A stretch of DNA of 43,738 nucleotides from Trichomonas gallinae (taxonomy: Eukaryota), in contig MRSU01010728.1 of the NCBI GenBank assembly GCA_008369845.1, positions 1 to 43,738 of the forward strand. The letters are read 5' to 3'. Positions 1 to 11,355 of the stretch are shown one piece after another (position 1 is the stretch's first letter; every line of letters starts with the position of its first letter). The notes under the pieces are model-generated. The model ran no database searches. It had not been told where the DNA came from and was given only the letters and a program-made list of their open reading frames with translations. A program made the position numbers and the translations under genes.

Positions 1-138
1 CCAACTATCTGTGTTGTGTAAAACTTTTGCACCATCAACATTCGTCCGTTAAAATAAGGTTATTAGTTTCCATACCTTTTAACAATATTTTTCACTACAT
101 TATAATTTCTAAAAACTGCATAACAATACAATAAAAAT

Positions 139-552
139 ATGCTGTTCAATGATAATAAAGTCATTTTTATTATTGTTATCATGTCTTCGTTCACGATGTT
201 GATTTTCATTGCCGGAATTGTGATTCCAAGTCTTAAATTCTCTTTGGAAATCAACAAAGCAAGGAAGACTAAAAGGAATATCAAGCATATTATCACGATT
301 TTATTTTTCATATTTTTAGATTCGATTCTAAACAACTTCATTATTGGATTTTGTCTATTTATTATGACAATAGCCTCAACTTTTACAACTTATTCACGCT
401 CAAGTTCAGTTTATAAATTTTTAAATAACATTTCATCATCAAATGCAGCATCGAACTTTCTTCAATATTACGAAATGTTTGAATCATTCCTTATATCCAT
501 TCTTGAAGTCATTGAATCAATATTTTACGCAATATTCGAATATTTTGATTAG
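139..552 (+). CDS. Hypothetical multi-pass membrane protein, possibly the 3' remnant of a decayed larger gene
   Basis: 137-aa ORF with 3-4 hydrophobic segments. The same frame upstream stays hydrophobic (FPYLLTIFFTTL) but is broken by several stops. Confidence 0.35.
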   Translation: MLFNDNKVIFIIVIMSSFTMLIFIAGIVIPSLKFSLEINKARKTKRNIKHIITILFFIFLDSILNNFIIGFCLFIMTIASTFTTYSRSSSVYKFLNNISSSNAASNFLQYYEMFESFLISILEVIESIFYAIFEYFD

Positions 553-1113
553 CAACTTATATGAACAGAAACATACCACACTCTCTATACACTTTCAATA
601 ATTACAATGAATTTTCCAAATAATATTATTTTAAAAAAAAAAATATTATGTTCTAATCGAGCATTTTGTATCAGACTCATTGTTAGTCAGTATACGACTG
701 ATAAATACACCGCCAAAAACAGTATTAAGTTAAAAATATAAGAAAAGAAAAATTACTACTCAATCTTTATATTTGACTTATTAAATTATATACTCTATTA
801 GCAGTTAATATTTCTGCAAAATAAAACATCAATTTATCAATAATATTTTTTCAAAAAATATATTGCATGGCTCTTATAGATGCTTTAAGGAATGATATTT
901 ATTTAAGAATATATTGTAATTAATATATTTATAGTGAATATAAATGTAAAATAAAATTTCAATTTAAAAATTAAATCTATTTATGTGATCAATTCTTTTT
1001 CTATTTAATAGCTTATGACTTGTTTGTTTGTATTTTTAAGCAAAAATGGTCCAGTGTAAAACATCTAAAAATGGCAGTTTTTGTAAACACTTTACATTAA
1101 CGGTTCCCCGCAG

Positions 1114-1707
1114 ATGTCTGAAGTCACGCACGTTCACGTTTGCTCGCTGAGCACGTCAACACTTCCGCGCATCCAGCAGAGTATCGATGACCTCAAAAAT
1201 GACGGTGATCGCGATACTCAATATCGCTTAAAATGGTTAAAAGTTGCAATGAAATTTAATATTCAACAGCAAATGCAATACATATACGAGCACTGTGGAT
1301 CTAGAGGAAAGGATCCTAAATTCAGACAAATTATATTGCGTAGATTTTATAATCAATGGATTAGACAATGCACACGTGATGACTGGAACGATTTAATGAT
1401 TAAAGTTGTTCACCAAAACGCATTACAAAGCATCAGAGAAACAAAGGCAGAATTACTTCGTGGTAGATCTGAAATTGCAGCTCGTAATTTTGCAAAGAGC
1501 GCAGTTGCAAACTTCTGCCCACTCATCAAGCTTATATCTACAAAGAATGAAGATAATTGCGATATTGCAATTAAAAAACTCGACTCTTTATTATCATACG
1601 AAAATCCAATTACTTGTCGCCCAGGATATAACAACCGTGGTATTGAGTTCTTAGCTACAAATGAAGTTCGTACTTTGTCCGAAGTCCCACCTACAACTGA
1701 AGAATAA
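1114..1707 (+). CDS. Hypothetical protein
   Basis: 197-aa ORF, more GC-rich than its flanks. The stop TAA runs into TAAA plus a T-rich tract. No domain recognised. Confidence 0.7.
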   Translation: MSEVTHVHVCSLSTSTLPRIQQSIDDLKNDGDRDTQYRLKWLKVAMKFNIQQQMQYIYEHCGSRGKDPKFRQIILRRFYNQWIRQCTRDDWNDLMIKVVHQNALQSIRETKAELLRGRSEIAARNFAKSAVANFCPLIKLISTKNEDNCDIAIKKLDSLLSYENPITCRPGYNNRGIEFLATNEVRTLSEVPPTTEE

Positions 1708-1958
1708 ATTTTATATTTTATTTTCTGTTAAAATCACCCTCAAACTCCATAAAACAACAATCCATCAACAAAACAATCAAAATTTAAATACAAATATTAA
1801 AAATCCAAACAAATTTTTTTATTGCAAAAATATCTAAGTGTAAACATATGTTTTGAGTTTGAAAAATGAGAGAGTTTGCCTTAGGCTATATAATTATAAT
1901 AAAAATCAAAAAATAATTTTTAGTGATGTCACTTTTTTATAATTTTGACAGAATAAAA

Positions 1959-2507
1959 ATGGAAGGGAAAAATCAGAACGAAAAGAATCCAAACAAAATG
2001 CATCAAGAAAAATCAGACCAAGACCTGATGCTTAAAATGAATATGAAACTTGAAAAAGAGCTTAGAGAAGATCTTGAAAATGGAGAAGAAAGAGTTATCC
2101 TTGAAGATGGAGAAGATTACAAAGAGATAGATGGTGTTAGGTTTACTCCGTTCTCTTTAACTAAAGAATTAAAGGAAGGATCATTCAAAGATGGAAAATA
2201 CATGGATAATTCCGAAGAAGAAGATATGCATACATATTCTTCATCATCAGAGGATGAAACATCAAAATTCAACGTTAAAGAAGTTGTTACAAAAATGATA
2301 GAAAAAATCAAACCTCAAAATACAGTAACAGATGCATTAATTGCCGCTGACAAAGATAAAAATCGCATGGTAGAACTTACTGATCTTGCAACTCAATTAA
2401 TGTTTGTTAAAGGCTTCGTCAACATTTACAGCATGACATTAGAGGATCTACAAGAGAAATTTGATAAACTCGATGAATCAAAACAGACAAAACCAGACAA
2501 AATATAA
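1959..2507 (+). CDS. CD2BP2/Lin1/Snu40 (U5 snRNP 52K)-like protein without a GYF domain
   Basis: DGVRFTPFSLTKELKEGSFKDGKY and LTDLATQLMFVKGFVNIYSMTLEDL resemble the two conserved CD2BP2/Lin1 blocks. Start moved to aaaaATG at 1959, downstream of GTCACTTT at 1928-1935. Confidence 0.7.
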   Translation: MEGKNQNEKNPNKMHQEKSDQDLMLKMNMKLEKELREDLENGEERVILEDGEDYKEIDGVRFTPFSLTKELKEGSFKDGKYMDNSEEEDMHTYSSSSEDETSKFNVKEVVTKMIEKIKPQNTVTDALIAADKDKNRMVELTDLATQLMFVKGFVNIYSMTLEDLQEKFDKLDESKQTKPDKI

Positions 2508-2713
2508 CAAAATTTATTTAATCTTTTAATATACATATGCAGTCATGTAATTTACTACTTATATATTATTCCTATACTGTTTGTAGTTGTTAAATTAAAT
2601 CTATAGAACAAATTCAATATTTATAAACAAAATAAAAACAAATTGGGAATATAAATATCCCATAGTAAAGAGTGTAGATGTATGGAGTATGCTGTTAAAG
2701 TTTTGATCGCTAA

Positions 2714-3187
2714 TTAAAACGAAATATCATCCGAATCACTTTCGACAACTTTAGACTTTGATTTCTTGGGTTCTGGTGCTGACTTCCTTGTACTTATAAT
2801 TTTCTTGGTATATTTACTGTGTGATGTCGTTGGTTTCTTTGGTTCATCATCAGAATCATCAAGAATATCTGATCCATTATCAATTTGGCTTTCTGGTATT
2901 AAAACTAATTTATTGCAGCCTTTCTTATGCTTTGTTGGTTTAGGAGGATTTGGAGCTGATTTTTCTTCAGCTTTTTCAGGCTGTTCTGTAGTTGCTTTCT
3001 TCTTATATTTATCATTTTTGTCTTGTTCTCTTTTCTTTTCGACTTCAGTTTGTCCAGTTTGATTAAATAAAGGAGATGCGCGTAATCTTTTCATGATATC
3101 AGTGAACTGTTTGGTAACTTCATTCTGTTTTTTAATCAATTCCATAGTTGACAACTCTAAAAATGTAACCCTCGCTTCATCATTCAT
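2714..3187 (-). CDS. Lys-rich low-complexity hypothetical protein with an N-terminal helix or coiled coil
   Basis: 157-aa ORF, charged and probably disordered, with an acidic SDSDDISF end. Confidence 0.7.
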   Translation of the reverse strand: MNDEARVTFLELSTMELIKKQNEVTKQFTDIMKRLRASPLFNQTGQTEVEKKREQDKNDKYKKKATTEQPEKAEEKSAPNPPKPTKHKKGCNKLVLIPESQIDNGSDILDDSDDEPKKPTTSHSKYTKKIISTRKSAPEPKKSKSKVVESDSDDISF

Positions 3188-4073
3188 AATAATTAAAAAT
3201 TTGATAAATATGATAATTTACATGTCAAATAATAGTTTATTTGGCAAAATTATGAAATCATTCATTTTTCATGATAATAATCATAAACTGATTGTTTGTG
3301 AAGTACCATGTAAATTGTGTCACTGATAGCAATAATTATGTAAATTGTTATTATCTAATTAGTATTAATTCCAAATGAAAATTTTCCGAAATGATCCATA
3401 AAATTGATTACGCACATATTCAAATGCAACTTCACGATATAGAGATAAATTTGGAAATATAGGTGATCATTGAACTTTAAATAAAATTATCAAAAAATTA
3501 ATCGTATAGTAATCAAGATTTCTTCGCGAATTAATGTTTTTTAGCCTAAAATAAAATTATTTACTCGATTTAGATTTTTTATATTAGCATATAAATAATG
3601 AGATTAATCAATTTTTTGAAAATTATAATGATTTTTTTAAACTTTTACAATATTTTAAGAATCAATAATATGCTCGAATTAAGCAGAAATTAAGAAATAG
3701 CAAATATTAACGAAACTAATAAAACAAAATTAAAGTATTTCACATTTAAATTCCTCGATTTTGAATAAAAAGTCCAATTATTTTTTTGTTTTCTATATAA
3801 GCGACATCATACGGTATTGTTTTTTATATGTAGATACATAGTTCAATTTTCAATTTTCAATTTTGATAGTTAGTTCATCATTTCTAGACAACATATTACC
3901 AACAATAACATTTTTAAGGCAATTAAAAAATATTTAGAAAAATTGAGAGATTCTCACTTTTATTGTAAAAAACAAATCAATATATCATGAAAATAACATA
4001 TTTTAATTTTTATTTTTTTCGAAAAATTTTTTATTTTATTTTATTTTACAAAAAATATAAAACAAGGCTTTTG

Positions 4074-7000
4074 ATGGAATCGGGTCAATCTAAGCCGGGA
4101 ACAATCCAGTATTACATTGGCTTGGTTTCATCCAACATGAGCGACATGGATTCCACGCTATTCATGATGGCTTGTAAGAGTTTTCAGAATTTCTATGAAA
4201 AGGGATTCAGACAAATTGGAGATTTAACGAATCCACAATACAGAATTGATGAAGCTCTTTCAGCTATTTCGTTCTCTACCTTAAATAATACTCAGTTGAC
4301 AATGATTTTGCTGTATTTAATTGCAGTTTCTCAAGACACCGACAAATCTTATAAAGCGAACAGAATATGCCGTGATTTACAACCTTTAGGCCCAGAAAAG
4401 AACCCATTAATTTGGGATTATTTCGAGAAGATTATTGTTTGGGCTGCAGCAACTTTAAAGGCGTCATTTTCGTTAGTTCTTGAAACAATTATCACCAAAG
4501 CAGTAAGCTGGTGCAATGGTGAAAATAACGAAACAAAATACCCGGGTTATAGATTATTAACAATTTTAATTACGCATTTCCCGGCTTCACTCGAAAGCAG
4601 CATCACACATTATCGCGCAATCGTTACAAAAGCATTTAAGAACCAAAATAAAGAGTTCTATCCAATTGCTCTCGAAGCATTAAAAGCATTATTATCTACA
4701 GACAAAACTTCTCACCACGAAATTATCGGATTACTCATGAAACCGTTTAAATCGGGCAAAGTACATAAATTCCCGGGAATATCTTTCGCTTTATGGACAA
4801 TTTTGCAATTATATCCAGATGATAAAATATACGTAAAATTTACTTCACTTCCAATTGATCATTTGTTCGGTAAGGATCAAGCACAAAAATTATACGTCGT
4901 TCAAGCGCTTCCAATCATGATGAAAGCTGCAGCAGATTTATTTACTAGAGAACAGCTGCAAAATATCTTCAAAGCATTCGAGCCACTACTCAAGAAGAAG
5001 TCACCTGGAAGAAACGAGGCACTTCTCGCGTTCGCCCAGTTCATTTTCGAGAAGGGAATTGAAAATATCTCCGAAGACATTGATTTCGTAAAGAAATGCC
5101 GTAAAGAAGTCATAGAACTTGTTGATACACCAGAAGCCGCCGCTGCTTTGCTTGCTTCTGATATGTTTAGACAAGATCATCTCGCTGGCGATTCTTCAAA
5201 GATTTATAATCACCTTTCTTCTTTATTATTGTCCGAGGCTATCAAGGGATTCCTCAAAAACATCCCTGCATTCGCTGATATCATTTATAAGAACGTTGTT
5301 ATTTATTCAAATGATATTTTACTCAGCCTTGACTCTCCATATGACAAGGTTATTAATCTATTCGCAGTTTTAAACGATTTGGACGTCCCAGCAAGCAAAT
5401 TCTCGCCAGCTCTTGCATTAGAATATTCAGCGCACCTCGGATCAGCTTCTAGAGACGTCAGAATTGCTTGCGTCAGATTCTTACTCAAATATATTCGCGA
5501 TTGTCAAGCTATCGAAGTCATGCAAAGAGTTATTTCATTCGTTGCTACAGAATCAAATCCGGAAATTCGCTTGGAGATTCTCAACAACCTTACGATTGAA
5601 GAAAGCTCAAGCAACTACTCAATCATCATTGCAATCGAATCATTGTTGCATGATTTGAATCAGCCAGTTGCAAGCAAAGCATTCGAAATTATTGTCAAGA
5701 TGTGCGACCACAATGCTGTTCCTCACATTATTTCTCAAGTTTTGTCCGAGAAACTCAAATATCTCCAAAATACTTCAGAAATCTTTAAGGAAGACATCGA
5801 ACCATTCAGAGTTGTCGCTATTGCTGCTTACTCTGACTCATCACGTCCATATGCAGCGAACGCGCAACAAGTTTTGTCTCCATTTGTTCAATTCTTAATC
5901 AAACACCTTCTTGCATCAAAGAAGAGACTTGCTGCTGGATCACTTCAGCTTCTCGCTTTAATCCTTCCAAGCTCATGTTCTTCATTCTCTGTTCCATTAC
6001 TTGTCCAACATATTGAAGCTTCTCTTTTGCCGCATTCATCATATTATAGACTCAGTGCCACTCTTGATCTCATGTATGCTGCTCTCAAATACACAGATCT
6101 AAGAAATCACTTAGTCGAAGAATATTCACCACTTTTGGCCAAATTCATGACAATTACAAACATGTCTAAGAACTCTGTCGACAGAAAACGTTTGCTCAAT
6201 GTTTTGGGTCTCATTGGTGCTCCAAAGCCATCATTAGTATTAAACTGGCTGATGAATGATAAAACAGAATCACAAGCAAACGTAAACTCACCGAATATCT
6301 TCATCACACGCAGCGACTCTAACGATCCATACCAGTCATTAATGTCAGCATCAATCGGTGTCGGCTTGATCAACATTCTCGATATATTGGGCGATGAAAA
6401 CTTGGCAACATTACACGCGATCGCCATTGAAGCTTTGATCAAGTTCTTGAAGGCCTACAGAGCCCTTTCAGACGACTTCGAAGCCCTCCTCATGGCAAGA
6501 GTTGAGCAGCTCCTTCAGTCAAGGGGTACATCAACATTATCAGTTTTGCTTACGAACATGGCTACATTGGTTACATCTCTCGGCCCTAGATTCAAACCAT
6601 TAGTCGGCAATGTCATTGATTTGATCTGCGAGCAGTGGGGCAAAATCGATCCAGTTACATTCACGAGAACAACAGAATGGCTTGCGATTTCTCTACCTAA
6701 AGTATTCGTCAACTACTTGCCGAGAATTGCTATGTTATTCACTAAGGATCTACAGATTTTGCCAGCTAAGTCAGTACAAACAATTCTTTCGTGTTTGGTT
6801 TCATTCGGATCATTACTCGCACAAGTTGATCACATGATCATTCCTCCAATTCTCGAGTGGATCACAGACAACGCAAACAACACAGCTGACTGCCAGCAAG
6901 TTCTGGTGAGATTCAAGCAGATCTGCATCATGTGCGGAACACAGAAGTTCGCCGGCCCAATTTATTCGACATTGATTTCTGTCACAAAGCTTAACAAAGA

Positions 7001-10000
7001 CCTTCATAATGCTGCTCTTGAAGTCATCTTCGTCGTTTCTTGCCAGATCGGCGCACAATTTAGCTTCCACAAACAGATTTTGCAGGAAGTCTTCGATTTC
7101 ACGAAGATTCCAGATTTCCAGTTGGTTGCTGCTCTTCTTGAAATGGGAGGAAATCTTCCACAAGCAATTCTCGAGAAGGTTTATCCACCGAGCGACAGAA
7201 GAATCAGAGCACAAACAGCTCCAAAGCCAAATGCTCTTTCAACACCACCAATACATGATGTCCCAGAGTTCACAATTCCTAACACAACATATTCAGAGTC
7301 CAACTGGATCATCTGGTACAACGAAATCAGCGCCATTTGCTTCAACGAGAGCCCATCAAAGGCTGTTTGCGCTTGCAATCAAATCGTCGAAAGACACACA
7401 CCAGCACACGACTCATTGTTCCCAGTGGCCTTCGCTATTTATTACTTCGCGGCTGAGCACAAAGGTGATGACAGAATCCAGCAGATCATGAAGAACGTCT
7501 TCAAGTCAACATCAATCCCAAGAAACATCTTGAAGCACTTCTTGGCTGTTATAGAGTTAATCGAAGTATGCGGTGCAAATATTCCAATTAATATCCAGGC
7601 TGTTAAGACACGCGCACAAGGCGTCAACAACATCGCTCAAGCTTTGAGATTCGCAGAAAAGATGTTCGATGATGGGCAGGAAGAAGTCTCAGAAGACTTG
7701 ATTGTCATGAACCAGCAGCTCGGTTTGCCTTTGGCTGCCAATGGTATTCTCAGGGTTTCTTCACAGAGAGCTGGAGCGCAAGGAGAGCTTTCAGAAAGAC
7801 TCGGATTGTGGGATGATGCTCTTTCTATGTACAACGAGAAACTCAAGGAAGATCCAAACAACCAGAGATATATCATCGGAAGGTTAACATGTCTCAATGA
7901 GTTGGCAAGATTCAAAGAACTCAAGGAAGCAGTCAAAGACGACCCAAGAAACGCTTTCTTCCTTGGATCAGCTGCTTATCATCTTTTCGATGATGAAACA
8001 TTTATGAATGTCGCCAAAGATATTTCACCGAAATCAAGAGTTCCATATGATCTCTTTCTCGCATTGATATACGCCATCAAGGCCAAAGAGTTTAAGACTG
8101 CCGAAGATATCATCCACAGATTGCACGTCGCTAAAGTTGACAAGATCTTCCCGATGATCTACGAAGATTACGAACGTGCTTACGATGATACATCTTTGAT
8201 CTCTATCACACAAGAATTGTCTGAAGTCATCCAGTATATGCAGGCAAAAGATCACGCGAGCCAGCCAAATCCATCAGAAGCTCACATTTCTGAACACGTC
8301 ATGGACAGAATCAAGAAGCGCTGGAAATATCGCTTCCAGTTCCTCCCAGATAGGCCAACAGTTCTCTTCCAGCACATCAGAGTTCAGAGCCTTGTTTTGG
8401 GCTTCGAAGATTTAAGACAACAATACTTGCAATATCTCGATTGCGCAATCAGACATGGTGAGTCAAATCTTGTCTTGCTTGAATCCACACTCGATTATCT
8501 TCTCAAGGATCATCCAAGTGACAGCGACTTAAGATTCCACTCAGCGAGACTCCAGTGGATGAAGGGCGACCACGCTGAAGCTTACTTCAGGATGGAAGAC
8601 TTATCCAAGGAAGGCGGCGACAATGTTGGCTTAATCGAACTCACATTATCCAACTGGCACATGAGCGAAGGCAAACCAGACCAGGCCATCGCACACATCT
8701 CTGAAGCAGTCAAGAACCTTCCACAGAGCGCTGAAGCATGGAACCTTTCTTCATTCATCAACCTCGAAATGTACGAATTGACGAAGCAAGACTCGTTCAT
8801 CATCAGAGCTATCGAACACGCATTCAATGGTTTGAGCAACTCTGTTAATGATCCATTATCATTCACACTTCGTATTCTCTCCATTTTGTTCAACAACAGA
8901 AACACAAAGGTTTACGATGTCTTTGCAGCAAGAATCGGATCCATTCCAGTCCACGTTTGGGTTGATGTACTCCCACAGATGATCGCAAGAGCTTCTACGG
9001 ATGATGATAAGTTGAGATACATCATCACAAAGCTTCTCGCTAATGTCGCCAAGGAACATCCACAGGTAATCCTTTATTCCCTCATGGTGCCATTCAGAGA
9101 TGATAAAACATCCAGACAGAAAGTCGCAGCACAAATCATGGACCTCCTCCAGGACGATTATCCGGAGATTTACAAGTCAATGATGCAAGTTACAGACGAA
9201 ATGATCAGAGTCGCTGTCACATGGTGGGAGTTGTGGTTCGGCACATTGGATGAAGCTTCTCGCGCTTATTTGTTGAGAAACGACATCGAAGAAATGATTT
9301 CGCTTTTGGAGCCATTGAACGAAGCAATTTCCAAACCAGCGACAACATTCTTCGAGACATCATTCTTAGCTTCATTCGGCAGCCAGCTTGCAACAGCTAC
9401 TGCTTACATCAGAGAATACCAACAGACAAACGACGAGCAATGCGTCTTGCAGGCTTGGCAGATCTACTATTCTGTTTATCAGGATCTCAAGCCAATCGTC
9501 AACGCGATGTCAAATATCCCATTAACAGATGCTTCTCCGATTATGAACGCAATAATGTCATCACCAATTATCGTTCCAGGTACATACCACTATGGACAGA
9601 ATCTCATCAAGATTCAGTCATTCGACAAAGCTCTCACTGTCATGAAATCCAAGCAGCGCCCAAGAAGAATGGTTATGTTCGGCGACGACGGCAAGAAGTA
9701 CACATTCTTGCTCAAGGCCCACGAAGACACAAGACTCGATGAACGCGTCATGCAGTTATTTGGATTCATCAACACGCTCGTCGACCACAGCGACATCCCA
9801 ATGAAGAATCATTTGGACATCACAACATACAAAGTTATCCCACTCACGACTAGCGTCGGCTTGATTGGTTGGGTCCCAGGATGCACAACAGTCTATGATC
9901 AGATCAAGATGCGCCGTGAAAAGGCTGGCATTCCACTTGAAATCGAATGCCAGACAACATACAAAGCTGCACCAAACTTCGAAACACTCGACCTCGAAGA

Positions 10001-10649
10001 CAAGTTATTCGCATTCAGACGCGGTTTACAGGCGACAAAGGGTGATGACTTGAAGATTTTGATGCTCGCCAACGCAACAGATTCATCACACTGGATCGAG
10101 CGTAGAACAGCTTACTCTACATCACTCGCCATGACTTCAATGTCAGGATATATCCTTGGTCTTGGTGACAGACACTTGTGCAACATCATGATCAAGCAGA
10201 AGTCCGCCAAGCTTGTCCACATCGATTTCGGCGATTGCTTCGAAGTTGCTCAGCACAGAGAGAAGGCACCAGAAAAAGTTCCATTCAGATTGACAAGAAT
10301 TCTCACAAATGCACTTGAGGTTTCAAGAATCGAAGGCACATTCAGGAGTTGCTGCGAGAACGTAATCACTCTCATGCGCAGGAACAGCGAAACAATCAAC
10401 GGCATACTTGAGGTCTTCGTTTACGACCCACTCCAGCAATGGATTGAAGCCGCAAAGGCAGACGCGAAGTCAGACTCCAATGATGGCGGCGCTAAGGTCA
10501 TCATCAGCCGCATCAAGCACAAACTCTCTGGCAAAGACTTCACGACAGAGAAGCTCAACGTCGAAGAACAAGTCAACAGGCTGATCGGCCAAGCTACAGA
10601 TCAGTACAACCTTTGCCAGATGTTCAAGGGCTGGCATGCATGGTGGTAA
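4074..10649 (+). CDS. TOR: Target-of-rapamycin (TOR) PIKK-family kinase: HEAT repeats, FAT, FRB, kinase, FATC
   Basis: FRB (RVAVTWWELWFGTLDEASRAY...QAWQIYYSVY), SKQRPRR, LLKAHEDTRLDERVMQLF, GLGDRHLCN, HIDFGDCFEV, PEKVPFRLTR, FATC (NLCQMFKGWHAWW). ATG 4074 is preferred because the first 29 codons of the ORF call are AT-rich and look non-coding. Confidence 0.95.
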   Translation: MESGQSKPGTIQYYIGLVSSNMSDMDSTLFMMACKSFQNFYEKGFRQIGDLTNPQYRIDEALSAISFSTLNNTQLTMILLYLIAVSQDTDKSYKANRICRDLQPLGPEKNPLIWDYFEKIIVWAAATLKASFSLVLETIITKAVSWCNGENNETKYPGYRLLTILITHFPASLESSITHYRAIVTKAFKNQNKEFYPIALEALKALLSTDKTSHHEIIGLLMKPFKSGKVHKFPGISFALWTILQLYPDDKIYVKFTSLPIDHLFGKDQAQKLYVVQALPIMMKAAADLFTREQLQNIFKAFEPLLKKKSPGRNEALLAFAQFIFEKGIENISEDIDFVKKCRKEVIELVDTPEAAAALLASDMFRQDHLAGDSSKIYNHLSSLLLSEAIKGFLKNIPAFADIIYKNVVIYSNDILLSLDSPYDKVINLFAVLNDLDVPASKFSPALALEYSAHLGSASRDVRIACVRFLLKYIRDCQAIEVMQRVISFVATESNPEIRLEILNNLTIEESSSNYSIIIAIESLLHDLNQPVASKAFEIIVKMCDHNAVPHIISQVLSEKLKYLQNTSEIFKEDIEPFRVVAIAAYSDSSRPYAANAQQVLSPFVQFLIKHLLASKKRLAAGSLQLLALILPSSCSSFSVPLLVQHIEASLLPHSSYYRLSATLDLMYAALKYTDLRNHLVEEYSPLLAKFMTITNMSKNSVDRKRLLNVLGLIGAPKPSLVLNWLMNDKTESQANVNSPNIFITRSDSNDPYQSLMSASIGVGLINILDILGDENLATLHAIAIEALIKFLKAYRALSDDFEALLMARVEQLLQSRGTSTLSVLLTNMATLVTSLGPRFKPLVGNVIDLICEQWGKIDPVTFTRTTEWLAISLPKVFVNYLPRIAMLFTKDLQILPAKSVQTILSCLVSFGSLLAQVDHMIIPPILEWITDNANNTADCQQVLVRFKQICIMCGTQKFAGPIYSTLISVTKLNKDLHNAALEVIFVVSCQIGAQFSFHKQILQEVFDFTKIPDFQLVAALLEMGGNLPQAILEKVYPPSDRRIRAQTAPKPNALSTPPIHDVPEFTIPNTTYSESNWIIWYNEISAICFNESPSKAVCACNQIVERHTPAHDSLFPVAFAIYYFAAEHKGDDRIQQIMKNVFKSTSIPRNILKHFLAVIELIEVCGANIPINIQAVKTRAQGVNNIAQALRFAEKMFDDGQEEVSEDLIVMNQQLGLPLAANGILRVSSQRAGAQGELSERLGLWDDALSMYNEKLKEDPNNQRYIIGRLTCLNELARFKELKEAVKDDPRNAFFLGSAAYHLFDDETFMNVAKDISPKSRVPYDLFLALIYAIKAKEFKTAEDIIHRLHVAKVDKIFPMIYEDYERAYDDTSLISITQELSEVIQYMQAKDHASQPNPSEAHISEHVMDRIKKRWKYRFQFLPDRPTVLFQHIRVQSLVLGFEDLRQQYLQYLDCAIRHGESNLVLLESTLDYLLKDHPSDSDLRFHSARLQWMKGDHAEAYFRMEDLSKEGGDNVGLIELTLSNWHMSEGKPDQAIAHISEAVKNLPQSAEAWNLSSFINLEMYELTKQDSFIIRAIEHAFNGLSNSVNDPLSFTLRILSILFNNRNTKVYDVFAARIGSIPVHVWVDVLPQMIARASTDDDKLRYIITKLLANVAKEHPQVILYSLMVPFRDDKTSRQKVAAQIMDLLQDDYPEIYKSMMQVTDEMIRVAVTWWELWFGTLDEASRAYLLRNDIEEMISLLEPLNEAISKPATTFFETSFLASFGSQLATATAYIREYQQTNDEQCVLQAWQIYYSVYQDLKPIVNAMSNIPLTDASPIMNAIMSSPIIVPGTYHYGQNLIKIQSFDKALTVMKSKQRPRRMVMFGDDGKKYTFLLKAHEDTRLDERVMQLFGFINTLVDHSDIPMKNHLDITTYKVIPLTTSVGLIGWVPGCTTVYDQIKMRREKAGIPLEIECQTTYKAAPNFETLDLEDKLFAFRRGLQATKGDDLKILMLANATDSSHWIERRTAYSTSLAMTSMSGYILGLGDRHLCNIMIKQKSAKLVHIDFGDCFEVAQHREKAPEKVPFRLTRILTNALEVSRIEGTFRSCCENVITLMRRNSETINGILEVFVYDPLQQWIEAAKADAKSDSNDGGAKVIISRIKHKLSGKDFTTEKLNVEEQVNRLIGQATDQYNLCQMFKGWHAWW

Positions 10650-11355
10650 ATTTCTTACCATTGTAACATCAAACAAACCGGTATTTATTAAATAATTATA
10701 ATTTTTCATTATTTTTTGGCTATTTAACACTAACATGAAAAAAAAATAATAATTTATGAATTCAATTTTTTTTCCAAAAAAACTAAAATGGATGACATTT
10801 TATTATTGCAATGATAATTGTTTAAATCTCTAGATTAAACATTGTGTAATTATAATAGGAAAAGTTTTTTCACAATGTATTTTATTACTAGAACTTTGAG
10901 TTAAACAAATTGTTTATTCCTTTTCACCAAATTGTGATTCCGAGATTTTAAAATTTAAAGTTTCTTCTCGGTTTCCATGCATTTATCCTATTCTTCCAGT
11001 TGTTTCTGAATATTCATATTCATAGTCGACAAAATATATACTGTCATCTAAATGTGGGTTTATATAAATGCTTAATGTTTCTCCATAATAATATGTGTTT
11101 TTGTAATTGTCTTATTTCAACAAAACATCGATTTTTATTCATATTCTACTCATAATTTTTAGATTTAAGATTGCTTCTTCTTTTTTTTTATTGAAAATTG
11201 AAATTTGATTTTTTTTTAAATTTGTGCTTAATTTAAGAAATATTACTCTTATCATGCTCATTATTATCTTGTAATACTTTCAATAGCTTTTCAGCTATAT
11301 TTTTCGATAGATTTTATCATCAAAATAAAAAAACAAAAATACAAAATATCAATAT

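Noticed and set aside
1083..1113. Possible 31-nt GT-AG intron joining ATG 1071 in frame to ATG 1114
   Set aside because: It lacks the trichomonad ACTAAC branch site fused to the 3' splice site, and the gene needs no intron.
3987..4073. 29-codon N-terminal extension of TOR in the ORF track
   Set aside because: Poly-T/poly-A sequence with intergenic composition. ATG 4074 is more plausible.
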